A stretch of 64,000 nt of DNA from an uncultured Chloroflexia bacterium (GTDB taxonomy: Bacteria > Chloroflexota > Anaerolineae > JAAYZQ01), in the NCBI GenBank assembly GCA_963749455.1, contig CAVVMX010000006.1, positions 27,060 through 91,059 on the forward strand. The letters are read 5' to 3'. Position 1 is the first letter of the stretch. Every line of letters starts with the position of its first letter. Position numbers and translations under genes: made by a program. Below, piece by piece: positions 10,443 through 19,294 of the stretch. The notes below the pieces were generated by a model that was not told the origin of the DNA, did not search any database, and saw only the letters and a list, made by a program, of their open reading frames with translations.

Positions 10443-11513
10443 CTAGGGTTCCTGGTCGTCGGACTCGTACGCGCCGTCGTGGCTCGTATCCTCGTCCAGG
10501 CCGCGCCCGACCAGGTCCATGAAGACGTCTTCCAGCGTCGGCTCGCGCTTTTCCAATGACAGGAGGCGGGTCTGATTGGCGCTGAGTGTAGTAATCACCG
10601 GCGCCAGCACGTCCTCAGCGTCGAGGATCAGATTCAGCTCGGTATGCTCGTCCAACTGGCGGGAGATGCACTGGCGTACTCCTGCAATGCCAGATACCTG
10701 GCCGGCCGCGTTGGGCATATAGGTCACCTGGAGGCGAAAGATGGCATCCTGTTGCAGCATGTGCTTCAGGTTAAAGGGCGTGTCACAGGCCAGGATTTTG
10801 CCCTTGTCGATGATCGCCACCCGATCGCACAGCTCGTCGGCCTCGGCCATATAGTGGGTCGTGAGCAGGATCGTCTTCTCTGGCCTGTCGGTGACCCACC
10901 GCTTGATGTATTCACGAACTTCGCGCGAAGCGCCGACGTCTAGCCCAAGGGTCGGCTCGTCGAGAAAGATGATCTGCGGATCGGTGATGAATCCGCGCGC
11001 AAAGTTCATCTTCTGGCGCAGGCCGGTTGATAGATCCGAGATCTTGGTGTCTTTGCGGTCGGAAAGGCCGACGACGTCGAGCATCTCGTTGATCCGGCGG
11101 CCGGTGGTCTTGTAGTCGATGCCATAGAACTGGGCAAACATCCACAGGTTCTCGCGGACAGTAAGCAGCCCGTAGCCAGAGGTCTCACCGCCGGAGACCA
11201 TGTTGATCCGCTGCCGGATCTCGGCTGCCTGAGTGTCGATGTCCAGACCGTCGACCCACGCCTTGCCGCTGGTCGGTGACAGGAGGGTGGTCAGGATCTT
11301 GATCAGCGTCGTCTTGCCGGCGCCGTTTGGCCCGAGCAGCCCCAAGATCTCACCCTGCGGCACCTCGACATTGACGTCTTCGAGGGCAATGAGCTGTGTG
11401 GGGAGAGGCTCAGTTCGGCCTTCCCGGCGCGCTGCCTGTTTCTGCTTGCGGCTAGGTTTTAGTTTGTAGATCCGTCCCAGGTGTTCTGCCCTGATGGCCA
11501 GCCCGGTGGTCAC
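10443..11513 (-). CDS. ABC transporter ATP-binding protein (DrrA/CcmA-like exporter ATPase)
   Basis: Walker A GPNGAGKTT, ABC signature LSTGLRQK, Walker B IIFLDEPT. The start is set at GTG 11513 with GGAGGA 5 nt upstream; the track ORF extends to 11744 through a non-conserved leader. Confidence 0.8.
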   Translation of the reverse strand: MTTGLAIRAEHLGRIYKLKPSRKQKQAARREGRTEPLPTQLIALEDVNVEVPQGEILGLLGPNGAGKTTLIKILTTLLSPTSGKAWVDGLDIDTQAAEIRQRINMVSGGETSGYGLLTVRENLWMFAQFYGIDYKTTGRRINEMLDVVGLSDRKDTKISDLSTGLRQKMNFARGFITDPQIIFLDEPTLGLDVGASREVREYIKRWVTDRPEKTILLTTHYMAEADELCDRVAIIDKGKILACDTPFNLKHMLQQDAIFRLQVTYMPNAAGQVSGIAGVRQCISRQLDEHTELNLILDAEDVLAPVITTLSANQTRLLSLEKREPTLEDVFMDLVGRGLDEDTSHDGAYESDDQEP

Positions 11514-11708
11514 ACGATTCCTCCGTTTCCGGCTTTCCTCATTGCCTGCGGCATACTGGCGCAGCCATACTGGCTGCGCCAGTATATCATAGGCTCGCGC
11601 CGAGATCAAGTCATGCAGGGCGTAGGGGGCACGGACTTTTCTATGCCAAGGGCCTGAGGAGTCTTTACGCGAGCCATCAGATAGCCTCTGGCCCGATCTT
11701 GGTAGCTT

Positions 11709-11737
11709 TTGACAGGTGAACTGTGGTATAGTATCAT
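11709..11737 (+). promoter_or_regulatory. candidate promoter TTGACA-17-TATCAT upstream of the HMG-CoA synthase gene
   Basis: TTGACA at 11709-11714 and TATCAT at 11732-11737. A small hairpin (AGGGCTCTATCAGGGCCCT) lies between the promoter and the ATG at 11804. Confidence 0.3.
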
Positions 11738-11803
11738 CGCTCAAGCACGACAGGAGGGCTCTATCAGGGCCCTCTTGTGCTGAACGGAGCTCTAGGAATT
11801 TGG

Positions 11804-12856
11804 ATGCTGCTCAAACCGATTCGTGATGTGGGTATTGCCGGTTACGGCGCCTATGTGCCGCGTTACCGGCTACCTGGAACGGAAATAGACCGCGTCTGGC
11901 GGGATGGCCAGACGGAGTCGCCAGTCGAGGAAAAGGCTGTGCCGGGTCCTGACGAAGATACGGCGACTATGTCGATCGAGGCGGCACGCAACGCGCTGGC
12001 GCGGGCAGGGATCGAAGCTACGATGATCCGGGCAGTGTGGGTCGGCAGTGAGTCTCATCCCTATGCCGTCAAGCCCACGTCCACGATCGTCGCTGAGGCG
12101 ATCGGCGCTGTGCCGGCGACTCTGGCCGGCGATTGGGAATTCGCCTGCAAGGCGGGAACTGAGGCATTTCAGGCAGCCATCGCTCTGGTCGGCTCGGGCA
12201 TGGCTGATTACGCCCTGGCCATCGGCATGGACACTGCACAAGGCCGCCCAGGCGATGCGTTGGAATATACGACCGGAGCGGGCGGCGCTGCCTACATCCT
12301 CGGCCCTGCTGAGGATAGTCTGGCTGAAATCGAAGCCACCTTTTCGTATGTTACCGATACCCCTGACTTTTTCCGGCGGCCTTATGAGCACTATCCACAA
12401 CACGCCAGTCGCTTCACCGGAGATCCGGCTTACTTTAAGCACGTGCTGGCCGCCGCCGAGCAGCTGATGGAGTCGCTGGGCACGACGGCCAAGGACTATA
12501 CGGCGGCGGTTTTTCATCAGCCAAACCCCAAGTTCCCGGAACGAGCGGCCAAGATGCTGGGCTTCAAGCCGGCGCAGACCCGCGCCGGTATGCTGTGCCC
12601 GGCGGTGGGCAACACCTATGCCGGAGCGGCGGTGTTGGGCTTGACTGCCATCCTGGACGAAGCCACGCCGGGGGATCGGGTGCTGATGGTGTCGTACGGA
12701 TCGGGCGCGGGCAGTGATGCCGTTTCATTGCGGATAACGGACAAGATCGTTGAGCGCCGGGACCGGGCGCCGAGCACCCGAGTTTACGTTGAGCGACGCA
12801 AGACGATAGATTATGGGACCTATGTGCGGTATCGCAGAAAACTGCATATGCATTGA
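11804..12856 (+). CDS. archaeal-type hydroxymethylglutaryl-CoA synthase (thiolase-fold condensing enzyme)
   Basis: [23 protein letters not shown]... is typical of the archaeal HMGCS/UPF0219 family. It is followed directly by a thiolase and a DUF35 gene. Confidence 0.8.
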   Translation: MLLKPIRDVGIAGYGAYVPRYRLPGTEIDRVWRDGQTESPVEEKAVPGPDEDTATMSIEAARNALARAGIEATMIRAVWVGSESHPYAVKPTSTIVAEAIGAVPATLAGDWEFACKAGTEAFQAAIALVGSGMADYALAIGMDTAQGRPGDALEYTTGAGGAAYILGPAEDSLAEIEATFSYVTDTPDFFRRPYEHYPQHASRFTGDPAYFKHVLAAAEQLMESLGTTAKDYTAAVFHQPNPKFPERAAKMLGFKPAQTRAGMLCPAVGNTYAGAAVLGLTAILDEATPGDRVLMVSYGSGAGSDAVSLRITDKIVERRDRAPSTRVYVERRKTIDYGTYVRYRRKLHMH

Positions 12857-12859
12857 GAC

Positions 12860-14018
12860 ATGAGAGACGTAAGTATCATTGGCATCGGCCAAACGAGGGT
12901 AGACGAGCATTGGGACCGGTCGCTGCGGCACCTGGCAGCCGACGCAGTGCTGGCAGCGCTAAAGGATGCCGGCGTCGAGGTGGCTGGATGCGCTGTATGT
13001 GGGCAACATGCTCTCGGGCCTGCTCACCGGTCAGGAGCACCTGGGGGCGCTGATCGCCGACTTTTGCGGCCTGCGGGGGATCGAGGCTTTCAAGGTGGAG
13101 GCCGCCTGTGGGTCAGGAGCAGCGGCTCTGCGCCAGGGCTATGCGGCCGTGGCCGGCGGTCTGCATGATGTGGTCCTGGTGTGCGGCGTGGAAAAGATGA
13201 CCGACACGGTGAATGCCGAGACCACGACCGGGCTGGTGATGGCCGCCGACGCCGATTACGAGTCGGTCCACGGCATCACCTTTGTGGGCATCAATGCGCT
13301 GCTGATGCGCCGATATATGTACGAGTATAACGTAAAGCACGCCGATTTTGCCAACTTTGCCATCGTCGCTCATCAGAATGCCGTCACCAACCCCAATGCC
13401 ATCTTTTCCAGCCCGATCACGGCCGATCAGTTCAGCAAGGCGCGGATGATCGCCGATCCGATCAACCTGCTCGATTCGTCCGGGATTGCCGATGGGGCGG
13501 CAGCGGTGGTGCTCTGCCCGAGCAGTATGGCGCGAGCTGGGAATGGGTGTGCGGTGCAGATCCGGGCCTCGAGCGTGGCGACCGATGCGGTCGCCGTGCA
13601 CGACCGGCGCGATCCGCTGTGGCTGTCGGCGGCTGAGGCGTCAGCCAACAAGGCCTACCAGCAGGCACAGGTAGGGCCGCGGGATATCGATCTGTTTGAG
13701 CTACACGACGCGTTTACGATCATGGCGGCGTTGAGCCTGGAGGCGACAGGCTTTGCCGAGCGGGGCAAGGGGGTCTGGCTGGCCGAGGCCGGCGAGATCG
13801 CGCTGGCCGGCAAGATCCCGATGGCGACGATGGGCGGACTAAAGGCCCGCGGGCATCCGGTTGGTGCGACGGGGGTTTACCAGGTAGTCGAGGTGGTCCA
13901 ACAACTGCGTGGACAGGCCGGGCCGAACCAGGTGCACAACGCCCGGCTGGGCATGGCCCAGAACATTGGGGGCAGCGGGGCCACTGTAATTACCCATATC
14001 CTGGAAGCTCTTGACTAA
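12860..14018 (+). CDS. acetyl-CoA C-acetyltransferase (archaeal-type thiolase), interrupted by an apparent -1/+1 frameshift near 12985
   Basis: The N-terminus MRDVSIIGIGQTRVDEHW... runs in the 12860 frame. The rest (…EAACGSGAAALRQG…GGLKARGHPVGATG…) runs in the 12966 frame. Confidence 0.75.
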
Positions 14019-14032
14019 TGGAACCTGACGGC

Positions 14033-14061
14033 TTGGCAAGAAACAGCCTGCCAGGTATAAT
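14033..14061 (+). promoter_or_regulatory. sigma70-type promoter TTGGCA-17-TATAAT
   Basis: TTGGCA at 14033-14038 and TATAAT at 14056-14061, then GGAGG at 14072-14076 and the ATG at 14084. Confidence 0.4.
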
Positions 14062-14083
14062 GAACTTGTTTGGAGGACATTGA

Positions 14084-14488
14084 ATGAATATTCCGCGATA
14101 TTGGCGACTGCAAAGCCAGCGGTATGCCATGGTTGGTGAAGTTTGTAACAAGTGCGGGGCCAAGTTGTTCCCGCCGCGCGACGTCTGCCCAGAGTGCAGC
14201 AAGCCGGCCTACGAGCCGTACCAGTTCAGCGGTCGGGGCACGATTTATTCCTACTCGACCCTGTACCAGGCGCCGGCCGGCTATGAGCAGTTTATCCCCT
14301 ACACGGTTGCCCTGATCCGGTTGGAAGAGGGGCCATTGGTGACGGCCCAATTGGCGGATATCGACCCGACCGAGGTGGAGATCGGGATGCCGGTGGAGAT
14401 GGTCACCCGCAAGCTGCGCGAAGAAGGGGACGATGGGTTGATTGTGTATGGGTATAAATTTAGGAAGCGGTCCGCAGAAGCAGCCTGA
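14084..14488 (+). CDS. DUF35 family Zn-ribbon/OB-fold protein (scaffold of the HMGCS-thiolase complex)
   Basis: CNKCGAKLFPPRDVCPECS zinc ribbon followed by an OB-fold region; 134 aa. Confidence 0.8.
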   Translation: MNIPRYWRLQSQRYAMVGEVCNKCGAKLFPPRDVCPECSKPAYEPYQFSGRGTIYSYSTLYQAPAGYEQFIPYTVALIRLEEGPLVTAQLADIDPTEVEIGMPVEMVTRKLREEGDDGLIVYGYKFRKRSAEAA

Positions 14489-14550
14489 AAACAGCAGAAA
14501 AAACATCGAGGCTTGTCGGGCGTAGTCTACCTGGCAGGCCTTCCTATCGC

Positions 14551-14584
14551 CAGCAAGCCGATGTCACGTGACATCGGCTTGCTG
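14551..14584. repeat. 34-bp perfect palindrome CAGCAAGCCGATGTCACGTGACATCGGCTTGCTG
   Basis: The sequence is exactly self-complementary and centred on CACGTG. It sits between the DUF35 gene and the low-GC islet and has no following T-tract. Confidence 0.6.
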
Positions 14585-14638
14585 CATTGTGAGGCAGTTC
14601 CAGGTCGATAGGCGCCGGGCAGGGCTTGAGAACCCTGT

Positions 14639-14668
14639 TTGACATGGAGCCCGTCTGTATGCTATAAT
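14639..14668 (+). promoter_or_regulatory. sigma70-type promoter TTGACA-18-TGCTATAAT (extended -10)
   Basis: TTGACA at 14639-14644 and TATAAT at 14663-14668, preceded by TGC. Confidence 0.4.
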
Positions 14669-14719
14669 GAACAGGCGAATAGGTGGTGTCATGCGCTGTT
14701 ACCGGGGAGACGAGCTGGC

Positions 14720-14848
14720 GTGAGCAATCTGCAACGAATACGGCGGTTAGTGATCGACAGAAGGTACTACCTGTCCGCTCACGCTGAAGAGGAAATGTGG
14801 GCCGATGGGCTCGAGCGCCAAGATGTCGAGCATTGTATTTTGAGATGA
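14720..14848 (+). CDS. DUF4258-like toxin domain protein, C-terminally truncated (43 codons)
   Basis: …YYLSAHAEEEMWADGLERQDVEHCIL resembles the N-terminal part of DUF4258. The stop TGA overlaps the next ATG (ATGA). Confidence 0.4.
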   Translation: MSNLQRIRRLVIDRRYYLSAHAEEEMWADGLERQDVEHCILR

Positions 14849-15039
14849 TCTGTGAGTTTTGCGGAGGTCAGTCAGTCAAGAGAAAAGTGCACAAGGTTCA
14901 TTGGCTCAAGCGCTGGCTCTACATCATCGATGATGTGGAAGCAGAGGTCTGCCAGGAATGTGGCGAGCGGTACTATCACGCAACGACACTCAATGCCATG
15001 GATCTGCTACTGGAGTCTGGCCAACCCGTCGTCAAGTGA
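14845..15039 (+). CDS. YgiT/MqsA-type zinc-ribbon antitoxin-like protein
   Basis: MICEFCGG…CQECGERYY is a CxxC…CxxC zinc ribbon; 64 aa; start codon overlaps the upstream stop. Confidence 0.5.
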   Translation: MICEFCGGQSVKRKVHKVHWLKRWLYIIDDVEAEVCQECGERYYHATTLNAMDLLLESGQPVVK

Positions 15040-15097
15040 GCACCTCCGAGTGGAGATGATTGGGATGCCGGCATGAGATGTGCGAGCCTGGTGTTAT

Positions 15098-15123
15098 CCT
15101 CGCAGTTCGACGAGCAGGTGCCG
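15098..15123. repeat. 26-bp direct repeat copy 1 (CCTCGCAGTTCGACGAGCAGGTGCCG)
   Basis: 24 of 26 positions match a second copy at 15905-15930. Confidence 0.5.
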
Positions 15124-15362
15124 ACTAGAGATCCACAATGTCTGAGCTGCTCGCTGCGATGCTAGACCAGTTGATGGGAGGGAAGAGGACAGCTCCTTAA
15201 GAGAAGAATATGGGCAAGGCAAGGCGATCGGCGAGTTGGTTAGGCAGTTCGGTTAGGCAGCCTGGTGCCATCCAATCTCGCCTGAGGAGATTGGGACTCG
15301 TCTAGGGCTACCTAAGGATTCAGGGTGGTGATGTATGAAGGACACACTTGCTCTCAAGATCG

Positions 15363-15626
15363 ATGAGTACGAAGAGCAAGCCGGTTGGCATCGTGCGCAG
15401 ACTCCCGCCGGAACGCGTGATCCAACTGGTCGACTTTGCGCGGTTTCTGGAAGCTGAAAGCGAAGAGGAGATCGAAGCCAGCCAAGCCAATTCGGACAAA
15501 GTGCTGGTCAAACCGAAAGCCAGGCGCAAGCTGCGCGATATGGCCCGCGAAGCATTGAATGACTACCATACCGGCCAGGCTACCGACATGAACGTCACGG
15601 AAGATGGAAGGCTAGCGCCGGGGTGA
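15363..15626 (+). CDS. small acidic antitoxin-like protein of unknown family
   Basis: 87 aa. Its TGA stop overlaps the GTG of the downstream RelE/ParE-like reading frame (GTGA). Preceded by the inverted repeat CCAATCTC-n7-GAGATTGG. Confidence 0.35.
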   Translation: MSTKSKPVGIVRRLPPERVIQLVDFARFLEAESEEEIEASQANSDKVLVKPKARRKLRDMAREALNDYHTGQATDMNVTEDGRLAPG

Positions 15627-15890
15627 GAGCAAGAGCCACTCTCAAGTTCTGGAAGCTCTATGCTGGTCTTCCGCGGGAAGTGCAACAGTAGGCGCGGAAG
15701 GCCCACCTGATGTGGCAGGAAAATCCCGACCATCCGAGCCTGCGTTTCATGCGAGTCGACGAGGAAGAACCGATCTACTCTGCGCGGGTGACGCGACTAT
15801 CGAGTTTTGGGTCTTCTAGAAAGCGACACAGTCATCTGGTTCTGGATTGGCGATCATCGGGAGTACGAGCGGCTACTCAAGGATCTATGA
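15623..15890 (+). pseudogene. RelE/ParE-superfamily toxin pseudogene (in-frame TAG at 15689-15691 and a frameshift)
   Basis: Stitching the frames gives …KFWKLYAGLPREVQQ*ARKAHLMWQENPDHPSLRFMRV…YSARVTRL…(shift)…VIWFWIGDHREYERLLKDL*. This matches the conserved N- and C-terminal motifs of a widespread RelE/ParE-like toxin family. Confidence 0.45.
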
Positions 15891-15904
15891 CTGGACGAAG
15901 TAGG

Positions 15905-15930
15905 CCTCACAGTTCGACGAGCAGGCGCCG
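15905..15930. repeat. 26-bp direct repeat copy 2 (CCTCACAGTTCGACGAGCAGGCGCCG)
   Basis: Partner of the copy at 15098-15123. Confidence 0.5.
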
Positions 15931-16086
15931 TTGACGGAGCAAATCCAATCCACGGGTATAAATTCAGAAAAGGTGCTAAATAGCCAATATGAATAGCAGC
16001 TAGGGGTCGTTGCATACCTGCGATCCGGGAACTGTTGCGGATGCAAGCCGCTATCATGCGACAATGTTCGGCCGCATGACAGCGGC

Positions 16087-16303
16087 TTGCTGTGTTCTCT
16101 TGCTCCACTGCCTGGGTCACTGGCCATGCCAGACAACCTTGAGAAGGATGGTAGGTTCATCGTTGCGGTATACATTCCCGCAGGAGATGGAAGCATTACT
16201 TCACTACAATGGATTGCAGGTTTTGGAGCGATTTGGCGGTTGGAACAAAAGCCCGTTGACAAGCACAAGCAGGTTAATGATTTTCGTTTGCCAGAAACGA
16301 TAG
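16087..16303 (+). pseudogene. class I SAM-dependent methyltransferase, C-terminal fragment with frameshift
   Basis: …KDGRFIVAVYIPA… in one frame and …RYTFPQEMEALLHYNGLQVLERFGGWNKSPLTSTSRLMIFVCQKR in another match the C-terminal consensus of small SAM methyltransferases. No N-terminal SAM-binding part is present. Confidence 0.35.
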
Positions 16304-16446
16304 TCAGATGTGACTTAACGACCGTTTTGCGTATAATTGAGCTACGCTCCGTGAGTTGAGCGGGCATGAAGAGAGCGGTACACATTTCATAAGGAGATGG
16401 CGGTCGCAAGGTCGGGCTCGTCTTGGGATCGCATGCGGAGGGAGAG

Positions 16447-19131
16447 GTGGACGCAGCCCCGCTTCTAGCAACCAAGCTCTACACACCGCCGCCGAGGCCG
16501 GAGCTAGTCCCCCGGCCACGCTTGCTCCAGCGCCTCGACGAAGGGCTGGAGCCGGGCGTGCGCCTTGTCCTTGTCTCTGCCCCAGCCGGCTATGGCAAGA
16601 CAACGCTGGTGAGTAACTGGCTGCGCGAGAGCCACGTGGATGCCGCCTGGCTGTCGCTCGACGAGGGCGACAATGACCCGATTCGCTTTCTCCAATACTT
16701 GGGCGCGGCCCTCCAGACAATCGTCCCCGCACTCCAGGTCATACCCCCCATCATGCAGGGGATACAACGGCTGCCACCCGGCACCATGATCAACACTGTG
16801 ATTAATGACATTGCCGGATATGCGACTCCATTCGTTCTCGTCCTGGACGATTTTCACTCCATTCATACTCCGGCCATTCTTGAGATGCTTGCCTCTCTTC
16901 TCGAGCACATGCCGCCCCAGATGCATCTCATCCTCCTTTCCCGGACGGACCCCGCCGTGCCTCTCTCACGCCTGCGCGCCCGCGGCCAATTGATCGACAT
17001 TCGGGCCGATCAGCTACAATTCACCGCGAACGAAACGGCTCTCTTTCTTAACGGCGTCATGGACTTGAGTTTATCCACAGAGGACGTCGCGGCGTTGCAG
17101 GCGCGCACCGAAGGCTGGATCGCCGGCCTGCAGTTGGCAGCCTTGTCGATGCATGGTTCTGAGGACGTTCATGGTTTCGTATCCGCCTTCACGGGCAGTC
17201 ATTATTACATCATGGACTATTTGGTTGACGAGGTGCTCAAGCTTCAGCCGGAGGAGATTCGCACCTTCCTTCAGCACACCTCCATACTGGGTCGAATGTG
17301 CGGGCCACTGTGCGATGCGGTCGTCGGAGCCGGCGCGGCAGAAGGCGGACAGGGGCAGGCGTTCCTGGAAGCTCTCGAGGAGAGAAACCTCTTTATCGTC
17401 CCGTTGGACGACGAACGACAGTGGTATCGATACCACCACCTCCTGGCCGACGTGCTTGGCAAGCACCTGGAGCGCCATTCCCCGTCGTTGGTGCCCGAGC
17501 TGCATCGCCGCGCCGCGCAATGGTATGAGCAGAATGGGTTCATCGCCGAGGCCATCCACCACGCTCTGAAAGCGGGCGATCAGGAGCGTGCGGCCCGGCT
17601 CATCGATCAGAACGGCTGCCAGTTCGTTATGCGTGGCGAGGTGACGGCTCTGTTGAAATGGATCCAGGCCATCGAGCCTGAGGTTGAGAAGAACCCCTGG
17701 CTCGGCGTTCAATATGCCTGGGCACTCGCTTTGACCGGCCACCTGGATCGGGTGGAGGAGACGCTTCAGGTGGCCGAGCGCCAGATTGCTCCGCTCAAGC
17801 CGACCCCCGAGATCCAGATCGTGGTGGGCACCATTGCGGCAGCGCGGGCTCAACGGGCCAACATGCTCGGGGAGACCCGGCTAGCCGCTGATTTTGGCCG
17901 GCAAGCCCTCGAGTGTTTGCCTGACACGGATCCTTTCTCGCGCAGCATGCGCAGTGTGGCCACCTCTGTCCTGGGCGATGCCAGTTGGATGAATGGGGAG
18001 CTGGAAGAGGCAAGGCGGGCTTACACCATAGCGGTGGACGTTGCCCGGGCAGCAGGCAATCTCGGCATGGTAGTTCTTGCCAGCTCGAACCTCGCCGGAA
18101 TTCTCGTGGAGCAGGGACAGCTGCATGAGGCAGCCAGGGTATACGAGGACACTCTGGCGCTGGCGACTCGTCCCGGTAGCCAGGTTCCACCTTGGGTAGA
18201 TCACCTTTATGCCGGGCTGGGTAGACTGCATTACGAGTGGAACCACCTCGACACGGCAGCGAAATTCATTCATCAATGCATTGAGCTGTGCCAGCAGTGG
18301 GAAGACTTGGATCTGCTGGCTCGAGGCTATGTGATGTTGGCGCGCCTGGAACTGGCGTTATCCCATCCTGGACAGGCTGAGGCGGCGATGCACGCCGCGC
18401 ATCAGTTGGTCGCCGAGCACACGCTTTCGCCCAGGCGCTCGATCTGGGTGCAGTCCGCGCTGGCCGATCTGCGCCTGGCGCAGGGCCACTTGGACCAGGC
18501 ACTCTATCTCGTTCGGCAGAGCGCCATCTCTGCTGATGACCCCGACCCATACGAGCGCGAGCCTGAATACCTCACTCTGCTGCGCGTGCTTCTGGCCGAA
18601 GGCGATTATGGGCCCGCGCTGGCTCTGTCAGAGCGCTTGCTTCAGCAGGCGCAGGCTGCCGGTGGCAACGGGTGCATCATCGAAGTATTGGTCCTTCAAG
18701 CGCTGGCCTTTCAGGGCAGCAAGGACACGCAGCAGGCCCTGGCGGTCCTGGATCGGGCTCTCACTCTTGCCCGGCCTGAGGGCTACGTCCGCGTGTTTCT
18801 GGACGAAGGCGAGCCAATGGTGCAGCTGTTGAGCCAGGCCCGGTCCCACCGCTTGGGAGCGGGATATGCCGCGCAGCTTCTCCTGGCCACCAGCCAGACC
18901 GGCGATGCTCAACTGCCTTCCGCCCAACCCCTGATCGAGCCCCTTACCGGGCGCGAGATGGAAGTCCTGAAGCTGATCGAGTCCGGATTATCCAACGACG
19001 AGATCGCTTCGCGGTTGGTGATCTCGCGGGCGACCGTCAAGCGCCACATCAGCAACATCTATGGCAAACTGGACGTGCCAAGCCGGACGCAGGCCATTTT
19101 TCGCGCAAGAGAGCTGCAGCTCATAGATTGA
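16447..19131 (+). CDS. MalT-like LuxR-family transcriptional regulator (LAL family: STAND/AAA ATPase + TPR-like + C-terminal LuxR HTH)
   Basis: N-terminal …[22 protein letters not shown]…, a P-loop region, a helical repeat middle, and the C-terminal [43 protein letters not shown]. The start is set at GTG 16447 with a GGAGGG ribosome-binding site; the track ORF starts at TTG 16423. Confidence 0.85.
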   Translation: MDAAPLLATKLYTPPPRPELVPRPRLLQRLDEGLEPGVRLVLVSAPAGYGKTTLVSNWLRESHVDAAWLSLDEGDNDPIRFLQYLGAALQTIVPALQVIPPIMQGIQRLPPGTMINTVINDIAGYATPFVLVLDDFHSIHTPAILEMLASLLEHMPPQMHLILLSRTDPAVPLSRLRARGQLIDIRADQLQFTANETALFLNGVMDLSLSTEDVAALQARTEGWIAGLQLAALSMHGSEDVHGFVSAFTGSHYYIMDYLVDEVLKLQPEEIRTFLQHTSILGRMCGPLCDAVVGAGAAEGGQGQAFLEALEERNLFIVPLDDERQWYRYHHLLADVLGKHLERHSPSLVPELHRRAAQWYEQNGFIAEAIHHALKAGDQERAARLIDQNGCQFVMRGEVTALLKWIQAIEPEVEKNPWLGVQYAWALALTGHLDRVEETLQVAERQIAPLKPTPEIQIVVGTIAAARAQRANMLGETRLAADFGRQALECLPDTDPFSRSMRSVATSVLGDASWMNGELEEARRAYTIAVDVARAAGNLGMVVLASSNLAGILVEQGQLHEAARVYEDTLALATRPGSQVPPWVDHLYAGLGRLHYEWNHLDTAAKFIHQCIELCQQWEDLDLLARGYVMLARLELALSHPGQAEAAMHAAHQLVAEHTLSPRRSIWVQSALADLRLAQGHLDQALYLVRQSAISADDPDPYEREPEYLTLLRVLLAEGDYGPALALSERLLQQAQAAGGNGCIIEVLVLQALAFQGSKDTQQALAVLDRALTLARPEGYVRVFLDEGEPMVQLLSQARSHRLGAGYAAQLLLATSQTGDAQLPSAQPLIEPLTGREMEVLKLIESGLSNDEIASRLVISRATVKRHISNIYGKLDVPSRTQAIFRARELQLID

Positions 19132-19161
19132 TCGGTCGTTTCGTCAGGCCAATGACCGTGC

Positions 19162-19194
19162 CGGCCGAGGCGGGGTAGCCTCGGCCGTTCTTTT
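19162..19194 (+). terminator. rho-independent terminator
   Basis: A 10-bp GC stem (CGGCCGAGGC/GCCTCGGCCG) with a 6-nt loop, followed by TTCTTTT, 30 nt after the regulator's stop. Confidence 0.6.
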
Positions 19195-19210
19195 GCGCCT
19201 CTCGAAAACT

Positions 19211-19241
19211 TACAACCGCCTCTACAACCCCGCGTACAACC
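19211..19241 (+). promoter_or_regulatory. three direct TACAACC heptamers spaced 12 bp apart
   Basis: TACAACC occurs at 19211, 19223 and 19235, between the regulator's terminator and the small-protein cluster. A candidate regulator-binding site. Confidence 0.3.
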
Positions 19242-19294
19242 TTCGGTCGATGACGCCAGAGCGGAAAGCTGGTACACTGCATCATGGAGGAAGC

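Noticed and set aside
10443-11744. Long 433-aa form of the ABC ATPase starting at 11744
   Set aside because: The first 77 codons are non-conserved and run across the divergent promoter region. A GTG with a GGAGGA ribosome-binding site at 11513 gives a canonical-length ATPase.
15040-15130. tRNA 3'-end-like GTTCGA motif within the 26-bp direct repeat (possible att site in a tRNA)
   Set aside because: No full cloverleaf (D-arm or anticodon arm) can be built from the surrounding sequence. The GTTCGA is flanked by only a 4-bp stem.
15885-16475. 196-aa minus-strand ORF across the methyltransferase fragment and LuxR start
   Set aside because: It spans a promoter region and the start of a strongly supported regulator gene, and its translation has no recognisable features. 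Likely spurious.
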